This document shows positions 32,675-42,353 of a stretch of 64,000 bases of DNA, one piece after another. Under the pieces are notes generated by a model that was not told the DNA's origin, did not search any database, and saw only the letters and a program-made list of their open reading frames with translations. The stretch's first letter is position 1. Each line of letters begins with the position of its first letter. Origin of the DNA: Christensenellaceae bacterium Phil1 (lineage in GTDB: Bacteria; Bacillota; Clostridia; Christensenellales; CAG-138); the NCBI GenBank assembly GCA_001940855.1, contig MSGS01000009.1:64441-128440 (forward strand). The letters run 5' to 3'. Position numbers and translations under genes: made by a program.

Positions 32675-34585
32675 TTACACCATTTGCTCCATTTCCGCAG
32701 CCCTTTTCTTCTGCTCGGCATAATATTGCGCCTGTGCATACCAAAGTTCGTGGTATTTGCCGCCTTCGTCGGCAAGCAGCTCTTCATGCGTGCCGAACTG
32801 TATCATCCTCCCGCCGTCGAATACGGCGATCTCGTCGCAGAATTTGCAGCTTGACAGCCTGTGGCTTATGTATATCGCCGTTTTATCGCCGGCAATATCG
32901 TTGAATTTTTCGTATATCTCCGCCTCCGCCACCGGATCAAGCGCAGCCGTGGGCTCATCCAGCACTATGAACGGCGCATCCTTATATAATGCCCTTGCTA
33001 TGGCTATTTTCTGTTCCTCCCCGCCGGACATTTCCACGCCGTCCTTATCAAGCTGCTTATACAAATATGTATCAAGCCCCTTTTCAAGCGTTTTAAGCCT
33101 TTCCCCGAAGCCCGCCTTTATAAGGCAGTCCGTAACGCGCTTTTCGTCATATGTACTGCTTGTTGCAACGTTTTGGCCAAGCGGCAGGGCAAAAAGCTTA
33201 AAATCCTGGAACACTACCGAGAATATGTTCATGTATTCATCGTAGCGGTATTTGCGAATATCTATGCCGTTGAGCAGTATTTCGCCCTCCGTCGGGTCGT
33301 ATAGGCGGCACAGCAGCTTTATGAACGTTGTTTTGCCGCTGCCGTTCATGCCCACAACCGCAAGGCGGCTGCCCACGCGGAACTTTATGTTCATATTTTT
33401 GAGCGCATAGGCATCGTTGCCCGGATATTTGAAGGACACGTTGCGGAATTCCACGCTGTATTTCCTGTCGCTGCGCTTCTCCGTAGTAAGGCTGCCCTTA
33501 TACATTGTATTGGGCATATCCAGCAATTCGCCCACCTTTTCAAGGAAGGCCGCGTTCACCTTAAGCTTGCCGAGCTGCTCTATGAACTGGTTTAGCCCGC
33601 CGAACAGCGCCGTTATTGCGCCGATGTACTGCGTAACCTCGCCAAGGCCGAATGCCCCGCCGTAGGCTTTAAGGCACACGAACAGATATACCGCGCCGTT
33701 GAGCAGCACCGCAATGCAGGCGGAAAGCACATAGAACGCGCCCATTTTGCCCTTTGCATCCTTTGCAAGGCCGGACCTTACGCCGAACATGTTTGTATTC
33801 TTCAAATACGGGCCGCACACATTTTGCTGCTGGGCATACATGCGCATATCCGCCCGCCTGTTCGGCAGCCTTGCAATAAAGCCGAAAAAGCTGAAAATAC
33901 GGTTGCCGAGCGTTGCCGTCGGCGCATAATCGCTCCAGAATCTATCCGCCCTGTTGTAGCATGCCGGCGCAGCTATTGCCGCGCCTATCAGCAGCGCAAG
34001 CATTATTGCCGCGGCAATGGGACTGTTAAGCATAATAAGCCCCTTTGAATTATCGGGTATTCTGCTTGCAAAAAGGCTTACGGTAAGCGCAGCGCCGCCG
34101 ATTATTCTGAAGCCGGCTTCAACGGACACCTGAAATATCTCAAACACCCGCGACAAACCGAGCCCAGAATAGTTTTCGTTCTGCTCTATTCCCGATCTAA
34201 GGTCGAACACATGCTGGCTGTCCGCATCCACAAAGTCCATGCTCAGCATCTTCTTTATTAGTATGTTCCGCATGCCGAAATATTTTGTTTCATCCTCCGC
34301 TTCCACCCGGCGCGACGCCATGGCCTTCAGCAGCATAAGCAGCGCGGAGCTTGCCAATATCAAAATAACATAGCGCGTCAGCACGTTTACGTCCCGTCCT
34401 CCGCAAAGCTCGGCAATCAGCCGTGCGGAGAACCATATTGCGGCGTACGGCGCGGCGGCTGCGAGCAGTCCGTTAATTATCGTTGCCGTAAACCAGCCCG
34501 GCATTTCGCCATGCAGCAGCTTCAATGCCCGCATGTTCAGCTTCCATGCCCGTATAAATGATTTATTCTCGGTTTTCGCTTTCAT
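32675..34585 (-). CDS. ABC transporter, fused permease/ATP-binding exporter subunit
   Basis: Start at MKAKTENKSF (ATG 34585, AGGAGG upstream, overlapping the upstream gene's end). Walker A is GMNGSGKTT, the signature is MSGGEEQK, and Walker B is FIVLDEPTAALD. Confidence 0.85.
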   Translation of the reverse strand: MKAKTENKSFIRAWKLNMRALKLLHGEMPGWFTATIINGLLAAAAPYAAIWFSARLIAELCGGRDVNVLTRYVILILASSALLMLLKAMASRRVEAEDETKYFGMRNILIKKMLSMDFVDADSQHVFDLRSGIEQNENYSGLGLSRVFEIFQVSVEAGFRIIGGAALTVSLFASRIPDNSKGLIMLNSPIAAAIMLALLIGAAIAAPACYNRADRFWSDYAPTATLGNRIFSFFGFIARLPNRRADMRMYAQQQNVCGPYLKNTNMFGVRSGLAKDAKGKMGAFYVLSACIAVLLNGAVYLFVCLKAYGGAFGLGEVTQYIGAITALFGGLNQFIEQLGKLKVNAAFLEKVGELLDMPNTMYKGSLTTEKRSDRKYSVEFRNVSFKYPGNDAYALKNMNIKFRVGSRLAVVGMNGSGKTTFIKLLCRLYDPTEGEILLNGIDIRKYRYDEYMNIFSVVFQDFKLFALPLGQNVATSSTYDEKRVTDCLIKAGFGERLKTLEKGLDTYLYKQLDKDGVEMSGGEEQKIAIARALYKDAPFIVLDEPTAALDPVAEAEIYEKFNDIAGDKTAIYISHRLSSCKFCDEIAVFDGGRMIQFGTHEELLADEGGKYHELWYAQAQYYAEQKKRAAEMEQMV

Positions 34586-36410
34586 ATTCGCGCCCTCCTT
34601 CCCGATAATACTTGCTTTGCACGGCAAACAGCTTTGCGTATTCCCCGCCGCGGCGCATAAGCTCATCATGCGTGCCTTCCTCGCTTATGCAGCCATCCTT
34701 CAGCATTATTATCCTGTCGCAGAATCTTGTTGATGCAAGGCGGTGCGATATGAAAAGCGACGTTCTGCCCTGCGTCATGCTGCTGTGTTTTTGATATATA
34801 TCGTTTTCGGCAATTGGGTCAAGCGCGGCCGTGGGTTCATCCAGCGCTATTATCGGCCCATCCTTATACAGCGCCCGCGCAAGCATCAGCCGCTGCGTTT
34901 CGCCGCCGGAAAGCTCCGCCCCGTCCTCATATACGCTGCGGCCAAAGTGGGTATACATGCCCTTCGGCAATGACTTTATCTTTTCCGTAAGGCCGGCCTT
35001 TTCGGCGCAGTCCCACGCGCGCCGCTCGTCTATGCCGTCTATCCTTTGGGCAATGTTTTCTATTATGTTTGTATCAAGCAGCGAAAACTGCTGGAACACC
35101 GCCGAAAACAGCGCGTAATAATCCCGCCTGTTCAGCGTTTTAACGTCCTTTTCGTTGAACAGCACCCTGCCCTCCGTCGGGTCAAGGAAGCCGCATATAA
35201 GCTTTACAAGCGTTGTTTTGCCCGCGCCGTTAAGGCCGACTATTGCAAGCTTTTCGCCCGCGTGAATGGTCAAATCAAGGCCCTTTATGGTATCCTTCTC
35301 TGCCCCTATGTAGCGATAGCGCACGTTTTCAAGCCGTATTTCGCAGGGCATATCGCTGCGCTTTTCAATGCGCTCCCCGCCTTCAAGGTCAAAGGGTTCC
35401 TCCCATTCAAGGTAATCGCGCAGCTCGCTTATATCAAGGCTTTGCCTATGCAGCGTGCCGAATTTATCCAGTATGCCCGTTACCCATTGGGCAAAGCCGC
35501 TAACCGCGCCGAAATAGAGCAGGAACTGCGCCGCGCCAAGGCCGTGCTCAAGCGTGTACCATATGAGGTAGGCATAGGCCGCGCCGTTGCGCAAAAACGT
35601 AAGCGCAATGTCTATCACGTTGCCCCATATCTGCACCCTTCCCTGCCTTACGGCAAACGCACGGTACAGCCCCAGCGTCTTAACGTACAGCTCCTCTATC
35701 CAGTTGGCAAGGCCGAACATGCGAATATCTTTGGCGTAGCTCCGCTCTATGGCAACGCTGTTTATATATTCAAGCTTTTCGTTGTATTCCATGCGCTCCT
35801 TGCGGTGGCGGTAGCCCCATTCGTTTATGCGCTTGGATGCAAGGTAGCTCACCGCCGCCGTTGCCGCAACAAGCAGCACAAGCCATGCGTCAAGCTCAAG
35901 CAGCAGTATTATATATACCGCAAAGCCTATAACGTTGGTCAGTATATCCGTCCATGTTTTCCATATGGCCTCCGTCGCCTGGCTGTTGCTTGAAACAACG
36001 CGGTAGGCATTGTTCATATGCTCAATAAAGCGGGTATCAAGCATATTGGAATACGATGTTGCCGCCGACTTTAGCGCAATGCGGTTCAATATAGCGGTTC
36101 GCGTTTCTATGCGGCCGAAAAGCGTGTTTATATCCACATAGGTTCTACCCGCGCGCAGCACAAGCAGCACGCCCATGCAGGCAGCTATTGCGGCAATCAG
36201 CTCTCCCACCGCCGCGGCGGATTCTATTTTGCCGAGTATTATTGGCGTTATAAGCATTTCCGCCGCGGCATACGCCGCGCCCAACACCGCAAGCGCAATG
36301 CACATTGGCACCACCGGCTTATACGCTGCCCACGCCGTCTGCACCATATACCATGTGTTCTGCCACATATTGTATTTGGGTTTGGTTTTCTTTTTTTCTG
36401 TCGCTTCCAT
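34563..36410 (-). CDS. ABC transporter, fused permease/ATP-binding exporter subunit (partner)
   Basis: Start at MEATEKKKTKPKYNMWQN. Walker A is GLNGAGKTT, the signature is LSGGETQR, and Walker B is IIALDEPTAALD. Confidence 0.85.
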   Translation of the reverse strand: MEATEKKKTKPKYNMWQNTWYMVQTAWAAYKPVVPMCIALAVLGAAYAAAEMLITPIILGKIESAAAVGELIAAIAACMGVLLVLRAGRTYVDINTLFGRIETRTAILNRIALKSAATSYSNMLDTRFIEHMNNAYRVVSSNSQATEAIWKTWTDILTNVIGFAVYIILLLELDAWLVLLVAATAAVSYLASKRINEWGYRHRKERMEYNEKLEYINSVAIERSYAKDIRMFGLANWIEELYVKTLGLYRAFAVRQGRVQIWGNVIDIALTFLRNGAAYAYLIWYTLEHGLGAAQFLLYFGAVSGFAQWVTGILDKFGTLHRQSLDISELRDYLEWEEPFDLEGGERIEKRSDMPCEIRLENVRYRYIGAEKDTIKGLDLTIHAGEKLAIVGLNGAGKTTLVKLICGFLDPTEGRVLFNEKDVKTLNRRDYYALFSAVFQQFSLLDTNIIENIAQRIDGIDERRAWDCAEKAGLTEKIKSLPKGMYTHFGRSVYEDGAELSGGETQRLMLARALYKDGPIIALDEPTAALDPIAENDIYQKHSSMTQGRTSLFISHRLASTRFCDRIIMLKDGCISEEGTHDELMRRGGEYAKLFAVQSKYYREGGREYESENRE

Positions 36411-36522
36411 TACGGATGCAGCACCCCTTCCGTTTTCAACTTGGCTGTATGATAGCATAAATGCGCCATGTGCGGCGCATTTGGGGGACGAATTGTTAAA
36501 ATCGGGTGACGAAATGCATTTT

Positions 36523-37185
36523 TTACTCCTGCGGGATGAGTATTTCGGTTGTAAAGGCGCCGTCCTCGCTGTTCCGGCTCAGATACCCGCCAAGGCGTTC
36601 AACAATCGTATCCACCCTTACAAGGCCGAAGCCGTGGCCCTCGCCCTTTGTTGTGGCAAAGCGCGCGCCTATCTTTTTCTGCTTGCCTACGGCCGTAAAG
36701 TTGGTGAAGGATATATAAAGCTGAGTATTCTTCATGTCCATATATACGCGGATAAGCCTGTCCTTTTCGTCAAGCGGAAGGCTTGCCTCTATCGCGTTGT
36801 CAAATAAATTGCCTATTATACAGCACAAATCAAGCTCGCTCATTTTAAGCTTAACGGGAATATGCGCGTCTATTTCCACCTTTATGCCCTTGGCCTTGGC
36901 AAGGGATACCTTGCTGTTTATTATCGCGTCCGCCATCGGGTTACCCGTTTTTATTGCCAGATCAACCGTGTTCAAATCGGTATCCAGCATATTCAGATAA
37001 TCGTTTATGCCGTTCATGTCGCCCTTTGCCGCAAGCGCCTTCAGCATTTGTATGTGGTTGCGGTAATCGTGCCGCCAGCCGCGCATTTGGCGATACATAT
37101 TGTCCACCTCTTTATAATGCGTGTCTATCAGTTCCCGCTGATATGCGGCTATGCGCTTATCTATTTGCCTTGATATGAACTTCAT
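36523..37185 (-). CDS. GHKL-type sensor kinase lacking any transmembrane sensor region (LytTR-associated, HATPase_c_5-like)
   Basis: Start at MKFISRQ, 6 nt after GAGGTG. The His region is WRHDYRNHIQML, the N-box-like motif is IGNLFDNAIEA, and the G-box is KGEGHGFGL. No hydrophobic segment is present. Confidence 0.75.
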   Translation of the reverse strand: MKFISRQIDKRIAAYQRELIDTHYKEVDNMYRQMRGWRHDYRNHIQMLKALAAKGDMNGINDYLNMLDTDLNTVDLAIKTGNPMADAIINSKVSLAKAKGIKVEIDAHIPVKLKMSELDLCCIIGNLFDNAIEASLPLDEKDRLIRVYMDMKNTQLYISFTNFTAVGKQKKIGARFATTKGEGHGFGLVRVDTIVERLGGYLSRNSEDGAFTTEILIPQE

Positions 37186-37195
37186 GCCGTTCACC

Positions 37196-37894
37196 TCATG
37201 TATTCTGGATTATTGCGCGGTTCAGCGGCTCATATGCGCCGCGTGGCAGCGGCAGCGCCGTGCCGTCGTTGAGTACAACCTCCGCCTTGGTAACGCGGCG
37301 TATGCGGTTAAGATTGACTATCATGCTGCGCCCAACGCGAGTAAAGCCGCTGTCAAGCTCCTTTTCAAATTCGTTCAGCGTGCGCTTAACGGTATACTCA
37401 TGCTCCGCATGCACGGTAACGTAATTCTGCCTCACGTCGATATAGCGTATTTCATAAAGCGGTATGCGCACCATCTCCCCACCCATGTCCAAATTAAGGC
37501 AGCGTTGGCTTGTTTTAAGCCGCTCCGCGGCGCGGTCAAGCACGCCGAACAGCTTTTCCCTGTTCACGGGCTTCATAAGGTAATGCAGCGCCGCAACGTC
37601 GTACCCTTCGGCAATATAGTCGCTGTATCCCGTTATGAATATTATCTGCACGGTTTTGTTCCCCGCGCGCACGCGCCGCGCCATGCTCACGCCGTCCATG
37701 CCGCCCATCTCAATATCCAGCAGCAGCATGTCGTAAGCCTTGTTTTCGTCATACGCAAACAAAAAGCTTTCGGCGGACGGATATATTTCCGCATTCACCT
37801 CCGCCCCGCGCTCATCTGCCCAGGCTTTCAGTATTTCACTCACAAATTGCGCGTCCGCTGCGCAGTCGTCGCATATGGCGGCGCGGTATGCCAT
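37196..37894 (-). CDS. LytR/AlgR-family response regulator (receiver + LytTR DNA-binding domain)
   Basis: From the ORF track. The receiver contains MLLLDIEMGGMDG. The LytTR C-terminus contains IRYIDVRQNYVTVHAEH...GFTRVGRSMIVNLNRI. Confidence 0.9.
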   Translation of the reverse strand: MAYRAAICDDCAADAQFVSEILKAWADERGAEVNAEIYPSAESFLFAYDENKAYDMLLLDIEMGGMDGVSMARRVRAGNKTVQIIFITGYSDYIAEGYDVAALHYLMKPVNREKLFGVLDRAAERLKTSQRCLNLDMGGEMVRIPLYEIRYIDVRQNYVTVHAEHEYTVKRTLNEFEKELDSGFTRVGRSMIVNLNRIRRVTKAEVVLNDGTALPLPRGAYEPLNRAIIQNT

Positions 37895-38079
37895 GGCTCA
37901 TCCTCCAATTATAATTCCGGCTTTGGATTTATTATAGCATATGCAGCGGCGCATAAAAAGAGCAGCTCTCCACCAATACGCCACCTGCCCCGATGGCATT
38001 TTAAGCAAAGAGCCGCAAAATCTATTGTGTCCGTTCAGTTTATTCAGGAGGATCTGAGTACGGACGCCTATTGTTCTCC

Positions 38080-38337
38080 TTAGCCTCCGAACAGGCCGAG
38101 GAAACCTTTTTTCTTATATTTTTCGGAATTGAGTGACTTCAGTTCGTATCCCGTGCCGGCTATTGCCGCGCGCAGGGCGGTTTCGTCCAAAGCCTCTTCG
38201 GACAGTATTACGCATTCGCCCTTGGCATGGGACGATGTTACCTTTTTCACGTTGAAGCGAGCGCGGATAGCGTCATTCACATGCGCTTCGCACATGCCGC
38301 ACATCATTCCGCCTATTCTGAGTGTGGTCTTTATCAT
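38080..38337 (-). CDS. Heavy-metal-associated (HMA) domain protein, CopZ-like
   Basis: From the ORF track. It carries the GMMCGMCEAHV (MxCxxC) motif. Confidence 0.8.
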   Translation of the reverse strand: MIKTTLRIGGMMCGMCEAHVNDAIRARFNVKKVTSSHAKGECVILSEEALDETALRAAIAGTGYELKSLNSEKYKKKGFLGLFGG

Positions 38338-38762
38338 AATGAATACATCTCCTTCATTGGGTATGCGGTATTTCCAGTGTTAAGGCTTTCGGCAAGCTCG
38401 TCTATTCTTTCATAGGACTGCGAAAGCACGTTCAGCGCAACGCTGCGGCAAAGCTCCTCGTCCAGCGCAAGCGCCGCATGCATCCGCTCGTACAGCGGTG
38501 CGTAGCACGCTTCGCACAGCTTGGCCTGCGCCTCGCCTTCCGGCGTAAGGCGCACTATGCCATAGCGCTTTTTGGTGGCAAGGCCAAGCGAGCAAAGATT
38601 CTGTATCATTGCGTGTGCGCTGGGCTTTGATACGTTCAGCCGCGCCGCCACGTCCACGCAGCGGGCGCCTTCACCGGCGCTGCAAAGCTGAGCCGTTGCC
38701 ATAAGATATTTGATTGCGGAGGGCGTAAGCTGCTTTGCCTGTTCGTTTATGCATTTTTCCAT
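38334..38762 (-). CDS. DtxR-type (iron/manganese-dependent repressor N-terminal HTH) regulator
   Basis: From the ORF track. SAIKYLMATAQL..EGARCVDVAARLNVSKPSAHAMIQNLCSLGLA...VRLTPEGEAQA follows the DtxR N-domain pattern. Confidence 0.6.
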   Translation of the reverse strand: MEKCINEQAKQLTPSAIKYLMATAQLCSAGEGARCVDVAARLNVSKPSAHAMIQNLCSLGLATKKRYGIVRLTPEGEAQAKLCEACYAPLYERMHAALALDEELCRSVALNVLSQSYERIDELAESLNTGNTAYPMKEMYSL

Positions 38763-38847
38763 GTGGCTCTATGTCCTCCTTCAGCCTGTTTTGTGTTATA
38801 GAGCGCGAGGGAGACGCCGCGAATCGCATCTCCCCCGCATTTTGGTT

Positions 38848-39021
38848 TTACTGCCGGGAATGGCACTTGCCGTGCATGGCGCAATTTGCGCAATTACAGC
38901 CGCAGGAGGACTTCCCCTTCTTCCTTTGGCCTATCAGGTAGGCGCATATAAGCGCGACCACACCCGCAATCACAAGCGTAATGATTATTGTTCCAAGGTT
39001 TTCTGCAAACCAGTTCATCAT
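38848..39021 (-). CDS. FeoB-associated Cys-rich small membrane protein (57 aa)
   Basis: Not in the ORF track. My translation is MMNWFAENLGTIIITLVIAGVVALICAYLIGQRKKGKSSCGCNCANCAMHGKCHSRQ. GGAGGGA lies upstream, and the gene is immediately downstream of feoB. Confidence 0.7.
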   Translation of the reverse strand: MMNWFAENLGTIIITLVIAGVVALICAYLIGQRKKGKSSCGCNCANCAMHGKCHSRQ

Positions 39022-39078
39022 GAGAATCCCTCCTTCTTTTAGAATAATGATCGTGGTGATTTATATCGTTTGGGCCTA

Positions 39079-41571
39079 TCAGACCTTTACGTTGGTGGTC
39101 AGCTTGGTAGCTTCCTTATAGGGCTTCACAAGCATGTAGATCATGCCGGCCAGCAGCGCAAGAGTGAATACAAGGCCGATAACATTGGTGTTGCCGGTTA
39201 TGGCATTGCCAAACTGGTTTATCATAAGGGCGATGGCATAGGCGAAGCCACACTGATAACCGATGGCGAACCAGGTCCACTTGGCGCTGTTCATCTCGCG
39301 CTTGATGGCGCCGATGGCGGCGAAGCAAGGCGCGCAGAGCAGGTTGAATACCAGGAAGGAGTAGGCGCTGATGCCGGTGAAGGCAGCCGCTATGTTCTGA
39401 TAGGTGGTGCCGTCGCCGCCGCCGTACAGTATGCCCATGGTACCGACTATGTTTTCCTTAGCAACAAGGCCGGTGATGGAAGCGACGGTAGCCTGCCAGT
39501 TGCCCCATCCGAGCGGAGTGAATATCCAGGCGATGGTGTTGCCGATGGCAGCCAGTATGGAGTAGTCTATCTCGTCCTCAGCAAGCATCCTGAACGTGCC
39601 GTCCACTACTCCGAAGTAAGTGGTGAACCAAACCAGTATGGTGGAGAGCAGTATTATCGTGCCGGCCTTCTTTATGAAGCTCCAGCCGCGCTCCCACATG
39701 CTCCTGAGCACGTTAGCAAGGGTGGGCCAATGGTAAGCAGGCAGCTCCATAACGAAGGGAGCGGGTTCGCCTGCGAACATTTTGGTCTTTTTGAGCATTA
39801 TGCCGGATACGACTATCGCGGCCATGCCGATGAAGTAAGCGCTGGTGGATACCAGGGCGGAGCCGCCGAACATGGCGCCGGCTATCATGGCTATGAAGGG
39901 CACCTTAGCGCCGCAGGGGATAAAGGTGGTGGTCATTATGGTCATGCGCCTGTCGCGCTCGTTCTCTATGGTCCTGCTGGCCATTACGCCGGGAACGCCG
40001 CAGCCAACGCCGATGAGCATAGGAATGAAGGACTTACCGGAAAGGCCGAACTTGCGGAACACCCTATCCAGTACGAATGCGATACGGGCCATGTAGCCGC
40101 AGGCCTCAAGGAAGGCGAGCAGCAGGAAAAGCACCAGCATCTGAGGCACGAAGCCAAGCACCGCGCCAACGCCGGCAACGATACCGTCAAGTATCAGGCC
40201 CTGCAGCCACTCGGCGGCGTTTGCGTTTTCAAGCGCGTTGCCTACCAGCACCGGTACGCCGGGCACCCACACGCCGTAGTTAGCGGGATCGGGCTCTTCA
40301 AAGCCGTTTTTTTCAATGTAAGCAGCCGCGTCAACATAGGTCACGGGAACAACATTGTCGTTTTCTTCCTCTCCGGCGGGGATCGCGTCGTAGTAAGCGG
40401 TCAGCTCATCAACGGCCAGGGTCTCCTCATCCTCAACCTCAACGGTGCCGGTGGTGGATTCGGGAACGAAGTTCTTTATCTCCTCAAGGGCAGCGGCTTC
40501 GTCGAAGTCATCAGCCTCGGTATCGATCTCAACGAAGGCGTTGATGGCGTTCATGGCGTTGCCGTATTCTTCGCTCACCTCTTCATACTGAGCGCTGCCA
40601 ATGCCGAACAGATGGAAACCATCGCCGAACAGGCCGTCGTTTGCCCAGTCCGTAGCCGCAGCACCTACGGTGACCATGGAGATGTAATAAACAAGGAACA
40701 TTACCAGCGCGAATATGGGCAGGCCCAGCCAGCGGTTGGTCACTATCTTGTCTATCTTATCGGAGGTGGAAAGGCTGCCGGCATTCTTTTTCTTGTAGCA
40801 GCTCTTTATTATCTCCGCAATGTAGACGTAACGCTCGTTGGTGATTATGGATTCGGCGTCGTCGTCCAGCTCTTTTTCAGCCGCCGCTATGTCCTGCTCG
40901 ATATGGTTCATGGTATCGGCGGGAATGTTCAGCTTCTCAAGCACCTTATCATCGCGCTCGAAAATCTTTATGGCGTACCAGCGCTGCTGCTCGGCGCTCA
41001 TGTTATGCACAGCCGCTTCTTCAATATGCGCAATGGCATGCTCCACGGGGCCGGAGAAGGTGTGCATCGGCACGGTCTTGGTGGACTTGGCGGCCTTTAC
41101 CGCGGCCTCCGCCGCTTCCATAACGCCGGTGCCCTTCAGGGCGGATATTTCAACTATCTCACAGCCAAGCTGGCGGGAAAGTTCGCTCACGTTTATCTTG
41201 TCGCCGTTCTTCTTTACAACGTCCATCATGTTGATGGCTATCACCACGGGGATACCGAGTTCGGTAAGCTGGGTGGTGAGGTAAAGGTTACGCTCAAGGT
41301 TGGTGCCGTCGATAATGTTCAGTATCGCGTCCGGCCTTTCGGTTATCAAATAGTTACGCGCAACAACTTCCTCAAGGGTGTAAGGGGAAAGGGAGTAAAT
41401 GCCGGGCAGGTCCATTATGATAACGTCGTCGTGCTTCTTCAGCCTGCCTTCCTTCTTTTCAACCGTTACGCCCGGCCAGTTACCCACGAACTGGTTGGAG
41501 CCGGTGAGCGCGTTGAACAGCGTCGTTTTGCCGCTGTTCGGGTTGCCCGCAAGGGCTATTTTTATTGCCAT
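39079..41571 (-). CDS. feoB: Ferrous iron transporter FeoB
   Basis: From the ORF track. It is 830 aa, with the N-terminal G domain MAIKIALAGNPNSGKTTLFNALTG followed by a polytopic membrane domain. Confidence 0.95.
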   Translation of the reverse strand: MAIKIALAGNPNSGKTTLFNALTGSNQFVGNWPGVTVEKKEGRLKKHDDVIIMDLPGIYSLSPYTLEEVVARNYLITERPDAILNIIDGTNLERNLYLTTQLTELGIPVVIAINMMDVVKKNGDKINVSELSRQLGCEIVEISALKGTGVMEAAEAAVKAAKSTKTVPMHTFSGPVEHAIAHIEEAAVHNMSAEQQRWYAIKIFERDDKVLEKLNIPADTMNHIEQDIAAAEKELDDDAESIITNERYVYIAEIIKSCYKKKNAGSLSTSDKIDKIVTNRWLGLPIFALVMFLVYYISMVTVGAAATDWANDGLFGDGFHLFGIGSAQYEEVSEEYGNAMNAINAFVEIDTEADDFDEAAALEEIKNFVPESTTGTVEVEDEETLAVDELTAYYDAIPAGEEENDNVVPVTYVDAAAYIEKNGFEEPDPANYGVWVPGVPVLVGNALENANAAEWLQGLILDGIVAGVGAVLGFVPQMLVLFLLLAFLEACGYMARIAFVLDRVFRKFGLSGKSFIPMLIGVGCGVPGVMASRTIENERDRRMTIMTTTFIPCGAKVPFIAMIAGAMFGGSALVSTSAYFIGMAAIVVSGIMLKKTKMFAGEPAPFVMELPAYHWPTLANVLRSMWERGWSFIKKAGTIILLSTILVWFTTYFGVVDGTFRMLAEDEIDYSILAAIGNTIAWIFTPLGWGNWQATVASITGLVAKENIVGTMGILYGGGDGTTYQNIAAAFTGISAYSFLVFNLLCAPCFAAIGAIKREMNSAKWTWFAIGYQCGFAYAIALMINQFGNAITGNTNVIGLVFTLALLAGMIYMLVKPYKEATKLTTNVKV

Positions 41572-41616
41572 GTTCTGCTCCTTTCGGTTAAATTCATCTA
41601 ACCTTGTAACAAAAAA

Positions 41617-41841
41617 TTATTCCTGAACTTCTATCATTTCGGTGTCCGCCTTGCGCAGGCTCAGTTCGTAGCCGCGCACGGTAACCTCCATCGGGTCACC
41701 CAGCGGCGCCACCTTGCGCACGAAAACTTCCGTGCCTTTGGTGATGCCCATGTCCATGATGCGGCGCTTCACGGGGCCTTCGCCGTGCAGCTTCACTACC
41801 TTCGCAGTCTCGCCGATCTTAACGTCTCTAAGCGTTTTCAT
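41617..41841 (-). CDS. feoA: FeoA-family protein
   Basis: From the ORF track. It is 74 aa with an SH3-like FeoA pattern (GETAKVVKL...RRIMDMGITKGTEV). Confidence 0.85.
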   Translation of the reverse strand: MKTLRDVKIGETAKVVKLHGEGPVKRRIMDMGITKGTEVFVRKVAPLGDPMEVTVRGYELSLRKADTEMIEVQE

Positions 41842-41892
41842 TGCTGTCCTCTCCTTTTGTCAGTTTGGTTTGGTTGATTTATTTAAATTTAA

Positions 41893-42105
41893 TCAAATCA
41901 TTATTTTGCGCGCCATCTCTTCACTTATGGCTACGCGGGCTTCCTTTACCTTAACTATTACGTTGCCGCCCAATGCGGACACCACCGTAACGTTCCCGCC
42001 GGGGACAAAGCCCATATCCTCAAGGTGCTTCTTCACCTCCGGGCTTCCGCCCACCTTATGGATTATCTGTTCTTCGCCCATATTTGCAAGCGTAAGCGGC
42101 ATCAT
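41893..42105 (-). CDS. feoA: FeoA-family protein (second copy)
   Basis: From the ORF track. It is 70 aa and contains KKHLEDMGFVPGGNVTVV. Confidence 0.8.
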   Translation of the reverse strand: MMPLTLANMGEEQIIHKVGGSPEVKKHLEDMGFVPGGNVTVVSALGGNVIVKVKEARVAISEEMARKIMI

Positions 42106-42192
42106 GTTCTCTCCTCCTCATCCCAAGGTTAGTGTACGCTAACCGTTGATGAAAAAATAATGGTTAATTTCGTTTAACTAATGTTAATTTCA

Positions 42193-42241
42193 TTAGGTTA
42201 AGCTTCTTTAACCGTGGCATAGTTTAGCACCTCTAACCTTA
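42193..42241. promoter_or_regulatory. Candidate DtxR/IdeR-type operators in the divergent feoA / regulator promoter region
   Basis: TTAGGTTAAGCTTCTTTAACC (42193-42213) and TTTAGCACCTCTAACCTTA (about 42222-42241) resemble the TTAGGTTAGCCTAACCTAA consensus, which I recall from memory. Confidence 0.35.
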
Positions 42242-42353
42242 TATGTCAACCCCTTTTTTAAACATTTTTTGCATTATTGTTTGAACGCTTGCTTTTTCAC
42301 CGAGTGTGTGTTAATTTAATAAGTAATTTATTGAGAGGACGGCGCAAAGCTGC

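Noticed and set aside
35046-37173. Plus-strand ORFs over the ABC-exporter and kinase genes (35046..35993, 36175..36807, 36862..37173; also 37151..38083)
   Set aside because: They are antisense to genes with Walker/ABC-signature, GHKL and LytTR motifs. No independent support exists.
39070-41601. 843-aa plus-strand ORF covering the feoB locus
   Set aside because: It is antisense to feoB, which has the canonical G-domain start and membrane domain. The plus-strand product is Gly/His/Ala/Val-rich low-complexity sequence.
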